From: Acanthaster planci
Lineage: Eukaryota
DNA length: 64,000 nucleotides
Direction of reading: 5' to 3'
NCBI RefSeq assembly: GCF_001949145.1
Contig: NW_019091357.1
Location: 4,364,228-4,428,227 of the forward strand
Shown: in pieces, positions 1-11,600 of the stretch
Layout of the letters: each line of letters opens with the position of its first letter
Position numbering within the stretch: position 1 is the stretch's first letter
The notes under the pieces: model-generated
Databases searched by the model: none
What the model was told of the DNA's origin: nothing
What the model saw: the letters and a program-made list of their open reading frames with translations, nothing else
Translations under genes and position numbers: made by a program

Positions 1-406
1 CATGAAGGCCCTGGAAGGATCAAGCATTTGAAAGCGAGTGACTGTGCCTGACCACCGTGAAAGGTTCATTTCTCATTTGTCCAAATTTCTTTTATTACAG
101 CCTCCATGCAGGAAGTGCAGATGGCACTAGGCCTCCTCATGAGGAGCCATCCTACACAAGTAAATGGCCTGAAAGAACTTAGAGGTTCGTACGCATATAC
201 GGGTCAAGTTTCAGTTGAATGTGCACAAGTCTGTGGGCTCTTGTGTTTGCGTTTTCAGTAACGGCTTAAAGTTTTTCTGGGCAGCATTACATCCGGTGCA
301 AGACACATTTCCAAGACAACTCGTTACAAAACATTCTGTCAATTCATGTTCATGTACGGCGCTGTGGGACTTACACTGAGAAGAAATGAATTTGACTATT
401 ACTCAC

Positions 407-507
407 TTATTCATGAGTATGGCTGCTTGGGATGTCACCCCCTTTGATTGGTTGTAACTTTCTTCAGCTCTGGAGAAAGCCCTTTGAGCAGCTTTCAGAT
501 CTCCCAA
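407..507 (-). CDS. TRAPPC12: TRAPPC12 coding exon 9 (LGDLKAAQRAFSRAEE...AILMN)
   Basis: CAG acceptor, GTGAGT donor, 101 nt, in frame with previous exon. Confidence 0.88.
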
Positions 508-3500
508 CTGTTGACAAAAGATACTGACAACTTCATTCATTGGTCAGGGCCACGTTGACACAGAAGGTGAAGTCTCCTCAGACAAATAATGTTCTAATTT
601 GTGATTAAACATACAAAAATGTGTTTCAAGCAAGACTCGGAAAAATACTGAAAGGGAGGCTTGGAATGCATGCCGATTATAAAACAGTCGAGTGCCATCT
701 CGGTCAACATTTCGCAGTGTTTAAAACAGATTCAGGGCATAAGATTGCAATTTCTTCCGCGTGAATGAGGTCTGCACATGGCGTGTATACAGCCCTTGGT
801 TGTGAGGTGAAATGACACAGAAACCTTAGCCCTGTTATGGTTACCACTACCTAATGGCGTAACACTGTACGGTTGCATGTGAACACAGCCTGCAAGTCAG
901 TGCTTTAAGTTATTCCCATCCGGCTCATTTTAGTCATGTGGAATAATCTTCGGTGTTCCGTGACACCACCCCTTTTACTCTGTCAAAGTGTTGTCCGGAT
1001 CTGTGCAAAGCCCCCTTCAGTTGACAGACTGTATTCATATGTTCGCCACCTTGAATTGAAAGTGGGGTGAAACTTTTCATTTTGAAAACCTGTGAGTAAA
1101 GAATAACTGACGAAAATGAAGGTTTGATACAAAGTCATGCCAGTTTACACAAATTTTAAATTAGTGATAGATTATATCTAAATATTTTAAGCTACATTAA
1201 AAAAGAAAAGAAAAATGAGGTTTGGAACCTAAAATAATCTGACGCTGTTTAACAGATTATGTTGAATATGAAGGATTCAGGAACAAGATAAATATGGCTT
1301 CCCTGTCAATACAGTCTATTGCAATCGATTCTGTAGGGACATGGAGAGGCCTCAAGGAGAGCATACCCACTCACCTGCAGGAAGATTCGTCCGATGCCCG
1401 ACAAGAGATTAGAAGCGTTTTGTGAGTCCTTCTTAAGTAACATCTCGTACACGGAAACAGCCTGATTAAAATCCTAAAAAAAGGCACAGGGATACTCAAA
1501 ATCATTAATTACAGTTGGTTGCAAATAATACAAGTCCATCGGATGACAACCGTATCACGTTTGCTTTCAATTCCAAATCTTAGTGGAGGACACTTACACT
1601 TTACCCTTCGTCTACAATGAGCTTCATTATCCGCCATGAGCAGAAGTACCCCCTCATCAGTTGAAAATAGCTATGTTGGTCAGGAGTGTTCATTTGGCTG
1701 GTAGCGACGCGCCCGTAACGCGTGCATTTCATAGTTGTTTGTGAACCAGTGAAGTGCAGTTGTGACCAAAGGAGCTGCAGTTCTTAGGAAAAATTGCGCC
1801 CTCTATTGGTCCAGCTCAGGTTCCTTGAACCAACAACTGAATCTTAGAAGCATTACCCTTAAATTACCAGTGCCAAAGTAAGCAATGCAAATCTTTCACC
1901 TAAACGGCTCTCAGTCTAACAGCAAGTTACCCGCACATTTAACTTGGTTAAGAATATGAAAACCATACCTTCATAGACAGCAGGCAATTTCCAATTGAGT
2001 ATAGCACCCGGACTTCTCGAGACTTCCACAGATTGACTGATGCTGGACAATTTTGACAGACAGGATGAACTCAGAGTTAAAAAGGGCAGCTTGAGTGATG
2101 TTTCAGAAAGAGGGGTGCGGGTTAGAGGATTGATGGTGAGGGGTAGATAGGGAAGGGCGGTGGGTTTGGTGGAAGCTGTGTAAAGGTGAGAGCGGAGGGT
2201 GAGAAGAGGAACAATATGAAAGAGTCTGACACCCTCCTTTGAACAAATTCATTGGCTCTGAAGTAAAAGCACTGTTCTCTCGTGGAAATTGCACTGACCT
2301 TGTCTGTTTTCTTCGGTGAGATCAATTTCTGCACCATACTCACTCATGCCACTCTCCAGGTTAAACAAGATCTGGAAGTCAACAATGAAAAACATTGCAA
2401 AACCAGAGTAGAGCAAGTTTGAGCGACAGACATTTGTCGACCACTGGACCATTTTCAATGGTAACCCTTACACAATATAAATCGTTGGAACAGGGCAAAG
2501 GTGAACTAGTTACTTTCAAAGAGTCGTTGTTGAACAATGACAAAGGAATGCTTTGGTCAGTTTAATTTGAATGGCTTGGGACTTAACTTGAGACTGAGTG
2601 AATTGTTGTGGACTCNNNNNNNNNNNNNNNNNNNNNNNNNNNNNNNNNNNNNNNNNNNNNNNNNNNNNNNNNNNNNNNNNNNNNNNNNNNNNNNNNNNNN
2701 NNNNNNNNNNNNNNNNNNNNNNNNNNNNNNNNNNNNNNNNNNNNNNNNNNNNNNNNNNNNNNNNNNNNNNNNNNNNNNNNNNNNNNNNNNNNNNNNNNNN
2801 NNNNNNNNNNNNNNNNNNNNNNNNNNNNNNNNNNNNNNNNNNNNNAGAACTGTATATCACAGAATCACTACCTGGCCCTTACTGTCTAAAATGTTTTAAC
2901 TCAAGTTGGTAGCTGTTCTCTTGAGCCACATAATCATCAAAGGTCCATCATTAATCATTCTAGTCCTGAGTGAAACATGCCCTCTTTGGGTCAACATAAT
3001 ATACCTTGGTGACTATATCCAGAATGTGGTAGAGCCTGGTGAGGGCATCGTGGTGTTTCCCCAGGGAGATCGGCAACTCGGCATGAAGCACACGCAGTGA
3101 AAACGGCACCATGCTCCCTAGGCACACACACAAATCAGTTCCGAGGAAACTCAACCTCAAACGCACTTTTAACTTTCATGATTCCTTCAAACGCGAGGGG
3201 AAAGTGAATAAATTTGAGAACAAGCAAAGGATTACATTGATTGATTTTCGAGGATGTGAACTGTGACCTGGGGGATGCTTTTACTGATCAAATTTCATGG
3301 AGTGGCCAAGCCTGGAAAACTTCCGAGCACATAAAATAATGTATTTCAATTGGTTATTTACTGTAATCCATCTAGTGAAAGATGGTCATTTGAAGCCTTC
3401 ACAGTGAAGAAGGCAATGAAGAAAGGTTCAGTTTTTAAAGGTGGGAGGAAAACTGCAGATGACTTTATCCAGGGAAAACCCCCACAGAATCAGGTAGGGA

Positions 3501-6500
3501 CTGAAAAACTCTATCCACATGCAGACCTTGGCGGGATTCGAACCCCAGGCCAGAGGCAGAAGGCACGGAAAGAGTCATTACACCAGCCCGACTCCCCAGT
3601 TGCTTAGCAACACTGGGTAACCAGCTAGCGGTGTGCATATGGGTAGCGGGGGACTGGGTACCCTACTGAAGTCCCCGGGTACCCGTGAAGCAAACCCCAC
3701 CCAAAATTCAAGTGCTTTGACAAAAATGCTCTTCCAGTACGCTGCAGCTTTGATGTGATGCTACAGCAAAGACTGCAACATCTGCGACACAGCCTTGCAA
3801 ACTTGTGCCAAAAGTCCAGGCTTTCAAACTAATTTGGGGAATAACACAGTATCCCCCTATGACAGGGCATGAGTACTGTAAAGCACGTAGAAGACGGTCC
3901 ACACAGTTCAGGCAGCAATAACCTTTGGTGGACTTGCTCCAAACCTTGCAAGGTTCCTCCTCTCTGAGAACTGTTTCAGGCCAATTTTTCCATTGGGGGT
4001 TTATCCGTTGCAAATGAACCTTCAAGGATATCGTGATCAAAATTCAGGCTGAAAGGATGTTCAAAGTGCCACTGAAATAATATGTTTCTCGATTTTTAAA
4101 CTATATGTAACCAAACGAATATACAAATCCAGTAAGTAATGTAAATAGGTGTGGCGATAACAGTGTGCAGGCTTTCAGTGGGATAAACAAAATTCACTGC
4201 AACTCTCCTCACAGAAACTAACTTTCTGAATATACCTTGCCTTCCAGCATAGAGGTCTGGGTAGTACTCAAAGTAAAGGTCCGGCCTGTCCAGATCACCA
4301 AAGGCTTCACATTCAATCTCCGCCATGCTGTACTGCTGGAGCTTAATCAGAAGGGCAAGGCGCGTCAGCCATATCTGAACAGCAAAGCAACCACCAAACA
4401 ATGTCAACGATTTGTATCTCATAAACATAATCAAATTCTTTGTGGCTTTTTTTCATAGTTGTAAGTACACAGTTCAGAATAGGATTGTTTGGATGGGGAC
4501 CAGGGTGCCACTCACCTGTAGCGACTGGGGGGTGTTCTTGGAGGGGAGCCCGGCCTGACCTTTGCCTTGACCCAGGGAGGTCAACAGGAGTCCTGTCAAA
4601 TCAACGGCTGCCCGCAGGCAACCAGTGTCCTGCACCACACAACAGGGAAAAGTACTTCTTTAGTATTAAAAAAATCATTCACTTGCCTTACTTTAGCCAC
4701 CTACTTGTTTCAGTTTTAAGAAAATGAAAAACTTGATAAAGCTCTGAAGTCACCTAAACGTACAGTAAACCTCATTAATTAATGACGGCACTCTTGATAC
4801 AATGTTCTACTTATAACAAGTACATTTTTAGGTCCTAAGCCTTTGTTCCTCATTGTTTTCAATGTTATAACAAGGTTATCTACAAAGTCCGAAGGACCTG
4901 TTATTAATGAGTCCTCTTATTAATGAGGTTCGACTGTATTGCAGAGAATGAAAAACATATTAACCAATCACTGCCGGGCGGAATTTGCACATGCAGGACA
5001 AGTTGCCAGGTGATTTTTCATGATTTTTCGGTTTAAAAATTGTTCAAAAATTCACAACTTCATTTACTGAACATTTACACCCACACAAATGACTGTCTGG
5101 TGGCTACTCTAACCTGACAGGCAACCTCCATTGATGCCTGGGTATTGCAGCCAGGCCTTCTGCCCAGTAACGAGAGCCCAGCGGTGCTGCCTAATTGCCT
5201 TTGTTCCCAAAATTGGCCCAGTGCATTGCTCAATGGCAGTGATGTCTTTACAAATGTGGCCAGATTAGTATTGTATCGCTCATCGCTGGAGTGCTGAAGC
5301 ACCTTTGTTCCCGCTGATAATCCACGGGTGCTGAATGCCCCTCAAACAGTGGTATACTGTTTCAAAACAATGCCGGATTACCTCTGAAAATGCCAGCACT
5401 CTGTGCTGGAAAGTTTTGGCAAATCCCAGCTGCTCGGTCTTTTGTTCCGAGTCCAGTCTTTTATTACAAGACCCGGTTCCTTTTGTCTGATTTCGGGCAC
5501 CCCAGCCATGCATATAAAGCCAACATCTCTGGTACCGGGCTCCCCGACACGGAGTGGTTAAGGCGTTCTTCATATCCACAACAAGGACACATGCACCTCC
5601 TTCGGGGGAGAAACATACCTACCGTGTTTATAATCACAGTGTACTTGCATTCAAATTTGTAACAGAATCAAGGAAAAAAACAGGGGTGTGTGTGTTCAGT
5701 CAATGCATGTGCAAAGCCGTGCAGGTGCCATATCCAATTGTCTGAAGAGAATGCTCACCACTAATTTCTTCAATCCGGCTTCGTCGCGGGTGACTTGGTC
5801 AGCAGTCAGGGCCATGCGCTTACCAGCCTCAGCCTCCCCCATGTACCGATACACCAACTCCTTCACTGGATCTCCCTGTTGGGGTTTAATGAATTATACA
5901 TCACCACCTCCACGCATCCATACACATATTATTAATTTGATAGCCATGAATTATTCATCATCTCATGAACTTTGTCAGCATTATGAATAGTGTTACAAGG
6001 GCTGTGATATTAAGGCCACAAATTTTGTTTTTATGTTTCCGAAACCACAGTAGAAGAAACCAAGGCCAAGGAAATTGTGACTGAGAGAAAGATTCGCTTA
6101 CTTGCGGCTCTTCCAGAATGATTCCAGGCATTGTTAGCTGGCTTCGGTCCACAAACTCTGTCCCTTGCAGGGCCAGCATCCTGTTGGCAAGAACCTTCTG
6201 CGAGGCAGTGGAGGGCAGCCAGGCATCATGTCTGCGGTCACTCTGGCTTGTGCTTATGGCAGCGGCGAAGACGTCCTCCCCCTGTGAAGGGCTTAGCGGG
6301 GCAAAGAGCTGGGTATTTGGAGGAGTGTTCTCCTGAGCCTGTGGCTGGGGAGAGGGCTGGAGTGGGGAGGGCTGATCAGTGGCGGGCCCGGATGGCAACT
6401 CTTGGTGATCTGTTGGTGGTCCCTGTGGTTGCCTGAGGCCTCCTGCCGCTAGGGGGCCTGGAGCTGTGGAATGAATCTTCGAAAATGCAACCTTGAGGGG

Positions 6501-7541
6501 CTCCCCGGTCGTTTGGTCCTGGACGCTGCAGACATGCGGGCTGGTAACCTCAGAGAGTGGGGAATGCTGGTTGGGAGTCTGATCTCTTGGAGCCATTTCA
6601 GGGCTTAGCTGGGCAGAACTCTGACGAGCCAGCTCAAGGAGAGTCTGCTTGGAAGATGGGGGATCCTGAGAGGACACTTGAGAGCTGCTTTCTACCGAGA
6701 CCTCCTTGGCAGATGTCTCCATGTGAGATGCGGGCAGTTGGTCTACTGATGGTGCAGAAAGCGAGCCTTGAAGTTGCTGGGGCACCGTCCCACGTGCCTC
6801 GCTGGGGGAGGTTGCATTGGCGGTGTCTTCTTCAAGCCGTGGACTTTCGAGTGAGCCCGTACTTGGAAATCCATCACCACAGCTCGTGAAGGAATCAAAG
6901 AAGCCCTCCGCATCAGCATTGCTGACTTCAGCCACGCTCCCCTCCTCAAAGAAGCTGCTGATGGGAGGCTGCCCTCCAGGGACCGTCACCGTCTCCACAG
7001 CCACCAAACTCTGGGGTTGGCTGGCATCAGTGATGGGGCTGAACTGGAACTGGCCACCTGGGCTGCCTATGGGCTGAGTCTCAAAGCCATCCACTGAAGT
7101 TTGCTTCTTCACCTCCTTGGCTGAGGTTCCTGACCCTGTCGAGCCCTCCTGAGTTTGCTCACCTTCTATCGGCACATCTGCTTCGAGACTTGATGGACTG
7201 GAAACCGGAACCTGTACTGCAAACTCACTTGCGGGATTCGCACTAGCACCTTCAACTGGATCCCCAAAGAGACTCGCGTCGAATGGCTTAGGCGACCCAA
7301 CTGTTGCCTTCTGGGCACCCTCCAGCTCTTTTTGCTCTTCCGCCCGAGAGGCTTCTATCTTTTCAACCTCGATGTCTTCTTCAGCAGGGTCTGTCTCAGG
7401 ATTGAGACCCTCGGCGCTCAGCGTGTCATCCAGTGGGACCGAGTCCTGAGAGACACTGTCAAGATTGATGACATCGCCAACAGTAGCATGGACGGGGAGA
7501 GTGTTGAGGGCATCTGAGAAGAGCTCATCAGAAGGATCCAT
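407..7541 (-). CDS. TRAPPC12: Trafficking protein particle complex subunit 12 (TRAPPC12/TTC15), 3' end outside window; join(6102-7541,5759-5875,4516-4629,4236-4374,3005-3117,2299-2371,1969-2042,1375-1473,407-507)
   Basis: Nine exons join in frame via GT-AG sites. Peptides SDRRHDAWLPS, LTMPG, RAAVDLTG, FGDLDRPDLYFEYYP, GSMVPFSLRVLHAELP and LLSGIGRIFLQ match TRAPPC12 family motifs as recalled. Confidence 0.95.
1375..1473 (-). CDS. TRAPPC12: TRAPPC12 coding exon 8 (DFNQAVSVYE...LLSGIGRIFLQ)
   Basis: TAG acceptor, GTGAGT donor, 99 nt, phase 0/0, TPR-like helix. Confidence 0.9.
1969..2042 (-). CDS. TRAPPC12: TRAPPC12 coding exon 7 (SVNLWKSREVRVLYSIGNCLLSMK)
   Basis: CAG acceptor, GTATGG donor, 74 nt, phase 1/0. 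Confidence 0.9.
2299..2371 (-). CDS. TRAPPC12: TRAPPC12 coding exon 6 (ILFNLESGMSEYG...ENRQ)
   Basis: CAG acceptor, GTCAGT donor, 73 nt, phase 0/1. Confidence 0.88.
2616..2845. other. Assembly gap (230 N) within a TRAPPC12 intron
   Basis: Run of N. Flanking exons still join in frame, so no coding exon needs to be hidden in it. Confidence 0.99.
3005..3117 (-). CDS. TRAPPC12: TRAPPC12 coding exon 5 (GSMVPFSLRVLHAELP...DIVTK)
   Basis: TAG acceptor, GTATAT donor, 113 nt, phase 1/0. Confidence 0.92.
3401..3597 (-). mobile_element. tRNA-derived SINE, copy 1 (V-domain-like core)
   Basis: Minus strand starts GGGGAG, with A-box-like TGGTGTAATG and B-box GGTTCGAATCCC. Body aligns by eye with 14334-14525 and 46165-46371. 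Confidence 0.8.
4236..4374 (-). CDS. TRAPPC12: TRAPPC12 coding exon 4 (IWLTRLALLIKL...FGDLDRPDLYFEYYPDLYAGRQ)
   Basis: CAG acceptor, GTATAT donor, 139 nt, phase 0/1. Confidence 0.93.
4516..4629 (-). CDS. TRAPPC12: TRAPPC12 coding exon 3 (DTGCLRAAVDLTGLLLTSLGQG...SLQ)
   Basis: CAG acceptor, GTGAGT donor, 114 nt, phase 0/0. Confidence 0.92.
4763..4936. mobile_element. Tc1/mariner (pogo/Tigger-like) MITE
   Basis: TIRs CAGTAAACCTCATTAAT and ATTAATGAGGTTCGACTG, with TA on both flanks. A similar right end occurs near 34962-34982. Confidence 0.7.
5759..5875 (-). CDS. TRAPPC12: TRAPPC12 coding exon 2 (GDPVKELVYRYMGE...GLKKLV)
   Basis: CAG acceptor, GTGAGC donor, 117 nt, phase 0/0. Confidence 0.92.
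6102..7541 (-). CDS. TRAPPC12: TRAPPC12 first coding exon, 480 codons, acidic S/P/Q/E-rich disordered N-terminus
   Basis: Long ORF. Exon starts at 7561 after an AG acceptor, ATG at 7541, donor CAA|GTAAGC after EEPQ. Ends with the SDRRHDAWLPS...LTMPG motif. Confidence 0.93.
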
Positions 7542-7989
7542 TTCAATTCAGATAGTTCACCCTGTTATTACAGGATTCAATAGAAATGATGAAATCAGGA
7601 GGTCAGCTTTATGATTTTTAACAATTGAGAACGCCTGGAGTGGCATGCAGTCATCATGGTCATGGCCTGGCTGCACAAACTGTACACAAACACAAAATGG
7701 CATCGTCATTGCCATTTTAGTTACATAAAATGGCAATGGCACATTACAGAGAATCCAAAGTGTTCACCAAGTACATGTATCTACAACAACTAACCACAGA
7801 ACTGTGGGCATGGTGGGTGTAATCGTCAACTGCACTCCTACAGTATGTGGGAGTGTGGTGGACAACAAACTCCACAGTTTTGAGGTATACTTGGACCAGC
7901 TAACAGGGCCCTATGTAGACTCCTTCCTCATGACAAAGGAGCATACGTAAAGCCCTATTTATGGGTCTGGGGTTAGGGTATACTAGGCC

Positions 7990-8138
7990 TAGTCCAAGTA
8001 ACTTGGTCTCTACAAATCGCCTTTTTAAACATTATTTTGGACATGGTCAGGCAATTTTACAGCCTGACCGCATCCAACTGTTAAAAATGTGATTTGTACT
8101 TTTGTAGAGACTAAGTTCTTTACTCTATGCTCGGACTA
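7990..8138. repeat. Palindromic MITE-like element
   Basis: Arms AACTTGGTCTCTACAAA and TTTGTAGAGACTAAGTT, inner GGTCAGGC/GCCTGACC, ends TAGTCC/GGACTA. Confidence 0.6.
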
Positions 8139-8495
8139 ACGTGTGTGATGGAATACTTGCCAGGACCCTTATTTCGCCACTTGCTGTGAAAACCAATCAG
8201 ACTTGACAATAGGTGGCTAGGGACCTGGCGGCTATACAGTCACGCACGTTATTGGTAGGGGTATACATGATGTATATGTAGGCCTACTACATGTCCACGG
8301 CCGGCTCACACTCACAGTCACACATTGTCAGTGAAACCTTTTGACCTTGGCTTCTAATTAGTCCCACTGAACCACAGAAAGATGTATAATGCCAAATAAT
8401 GGTTTAACTATTACATTCTCATTAAATACAGACACTTTCTTTTCATAAGCACTGGCGTTCATACCCAATTTAGTGATGAAAAATGCAATCTTCAC

Positions 8496-8656
8496 CTCCG
8501 ATTTTGCAGCGAAAATAACTCAAGACCACCAACTGATCATGCGTGTGAGGGCGTACCTCCAAATTTTGCAGCCGTAATTGTGTCTGGGTTCTCGTCCCTA
8601 CTCATGATACTGTTCGCACAAATAATGAAGGTTGCCAGCCTAGCTGAATTGTCAAC
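8496..8656. promoter_or_regulatory. Bidirectional promoter region, including the probable non-coding first exon of TRAPPC12 and the 5' UTR of EIPR1
   Basis: Minus-strand donor GAG|GTGAAG at 8496 and plus-strand EIPR1 ATG at 8657. Locally CpG-rich. Confidence 0.7.
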
Positions 8657-8698
8657 ATGGAGGATGATGCGCCGGTCATTTACGGCCTTGAGTTTCAG
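8657..8698 (+). CDS. EIPR1: EIPR1 exon 1 ([14 protein letters not shown])
   Basis: aacATGG start context, donor CAG|GTAAAA. Confidence 0.95.
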
Positions 8699-11600
8699 GT
8701 AAAAACAACTGCTTTTATTCATACCATGGATCATTTTTAGGATTTTAGTAAACTACAGAACGCTTACATTATTTTTAGCTCTTCAGAATGCAAAATGCGA
8801 GCAAGGGTTATCACAAATGAGCCGTCTTTACATGTTAATGTCTTCCCAGATTCCGGACAATGTACTGATTACTAATGCCTGGCTGGGCTACATGTCTGGG
8901 AGACTCTTTTTTCAGCTGGTTGTTTCTGTTTTCTTTGTGAAGTGATCTTGGAGGGGATGCCATAAGAACCATTTTAAGTTCGGATTCCATAGGATTCTGC
9001 GAAGCAGAGAAATACTAATTGAAAGCAGGGATATGTTTGAATGTTTTATGTTTTTTTGTACATAATCCTAGGCCTAGAGCAAACTGCGATTTCTTTGTAT
9101 ACAAAGGTCAGACATGAAAGTGAGTGTGGATTTTGATCAAAAAGCTTAAAATTCATATTTCCATAAAATTTTTGTTTTTATTTGTGCCTAGTTGTGGTTT
9201 GAAAGTTCACTTGAAATTTCAAAAATTAAATAGAGGAGCTACAGCTTGCAGAAAAACACAAATTTTAACCAGAGTTTCCTACATGTGTATTCAAGAAAAT
9301 GAGTTCCCAAATAAGCAGCACCTTTGCTCATTTATGCATGGCCCTATAAATGTCAATTACCTATAGGCTTAGCTACCAATAATATATGTGGCCATTCCTC
9401 TTCTCGTCATTCTGATGTCGAAATTCTGGCAGTGGACTGGAGAGACTATTGCATCCTGACTTCTCCTCAGTGGTTATGTACAAATTTAAAATTTAGTATT
9501 TCCTGACAAAATCTGGAATTTTTTTCTCCGTCTCAGCTAGATTCATATTTTTTTAGTATTTTGTCAGACTCCCCGTATCCTTCCACGGAACTAATTTTGT
9601 CAGGCTTCTTTATGTAAATTAAAACACAATGTGTCATTTGTTTTGCCTGTAAATATTTCTTTTGCTCCCGGAAGAAGGTCATAAGTGCTGACGGTCTTTT
9701 GCCGGGAAGCGTAATCGCTGCCAAAAAATGTTTTCCCGGCAAAAGGACGTATGTTTGCAACTGTTTTATTTCAATGAAATATAAAGATTTCTTTGCAAAT
9801 AGTTCCAAAAGAATTTCCCAAGTCATTTGACTAAATGTTCAAAGGTTACTTTTTGTACAGCCTGTGTTGATTTTGTAGTAAAATTTATCCGTTTTTACAA
9901 AATGAAGAGAGTGTGTTTCTTAAGCCCTTTTACCGGGAACATTTTTTCTACTGTGATCATGCGTCTGGGCAAAAGGACGTAAGTGCACTTACGACTTTTT
10001 GCCGGGCACACAATGTTTTTCTTCTGTAGGCCAGAGCACTGACTGCCCAGGCTGCTGAATCTGAGGTCATTAGATTTCTGGTTGGGACACAGTCTTTGAA
10101 AAATGAGAACCAGGTAGGTTTGGGTTAATTGAACTCGCAGGAGCAGTCACATCAAAATAAAGTTTCTGCACAAGTGCCATCTAACGGGCAACTGAATTGC
10201 AAGAAAACAATAATAGTTTCTACAATTTAACCAGAAGACTGTGATGTTCATGAAGCTGATTTAGTTTGTTAGGGTAAATTCCTTGGTTTGGACATTGACC
10301 CTGTAATTTCTCAAAAGTGAGCTAAGTGTATTTTAAAGGAAATTTCATATATTATACATAGATATATGCATACATATTATTATTGTATTTTATTTGCTTT
10401 TTACTAATGGCACCGGATTAAGATGCCTTGGCCTTTTTTCTTTTCTCCTGTCATGTGCCATTAGTTTGTCCCATTGTACTGTTGTTTTTTTTATTGCATT
10501 GTTCTGTATTGTGATGTGTATTTTTTGTGATGGCAAATAAAATAATAATGACAATAAATGTAACTGTAACTCCCTTGCGCATGTATTGTTTTCACTGACT
10601 TTGCCTTCTTAAAGGGGAAAACCTGCACACACATACTTGTTCTGTAGTTGTGGGAACAAACACACAACATTTCACCTACATTATTTTGTGGAGACCAGAA
10701 ACATTATGGGGGAAACAGAAATGTCGCCACAACTTGGTCCCAACTTGCCTAACAACGGAAATTGTTCCCGCAACCCGGTGAAGGCCTGCCTATAAGACCT
10801 GATGGCTGAGACACCCTGTGAATTGATAAAATGAAAATGTTTTCCTTGTAAATGTTGCGATTTGAAGGAACGGTAGTTTCAAAGTTAAAAGACTTATGCC
10901 AAGTTGATACATATCTCTCTAACTACAGTACTGTGTTTTACTGTAAGGTTCACTTGCTTGAATTTGATGATGACAACAATATCCTCAACAAGATGGTGTT
11001 CCTGCACAAGGACGGCGAAATATGGCACATCGGCTCCAACCCCGCCGACAAGAACATCCTGACAACGTGTTACAATAAAAGTAGGTCCATCTGTCAGAGG
11101 CAGACCGACTTAACTCCTCAGGAGATGCAGTTGCCAGCTAGTTACAACACCATGCTTCTACAAGCATTTGCTCCATAGTCAGCAACTTGACCGGTTCACG
11201 GTTGATGTCCGGCATATAAATATGTCACCTTACAGTAGCATGTGATCGTCTGCCGGTGTTAGTGTGCAAACTCGTGCAAAGACAAACTAATTGGAAGCCT
11301 TGCAACAAGAAATGTCGTAAAACAAAATTCCAGTATCCACAAACAACTCGTAGGAGAGGGCAAAATTGTGGTATATAATATCACTTACCTTGTCTGTCGA
11401 AACAAAAGTGAATGACACATTGCATCCGACATTAATTAATGGTATACCAAAAGACAACTATATCTGAGGAATTTCTATGACTAATTGCACCTCCTGTTCA
11501 TCATCTCTATCAACAGAGATGGTATCTCAGTTGTATCTTCCACAGCTGCACTAGCTGTGTATCATCTCTCCCTTTCTCCATCTCATCACCCTGTCCAGTC

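Noticed and set aside
2516..2912. ORFs of 93-120 aa spanning the N run
   Set aside because: Artefacts of the assembly gap
5320..5340. RE1/NRSE-like half site TTCAGCACC on the minus strand
   Set aside because: The right half GGACAG is absent at any accepted spacing
5958..6101. Hydrophobic tail (WPWFLLLWF) of the 527 aa ORF, suggesting a membrane-anchored protein
   Set aside because: Lies past the GTAAGC donor at 6101, so it is intron read-through. The spliced frame continues as TRAPPC12.
7594..7657. Possible C/D box snoRNA (ATGATGA...CTGA on the minus strand)
   Set aside because: No terminal stem or recognisable guide. Such short boxes are expected by chance.
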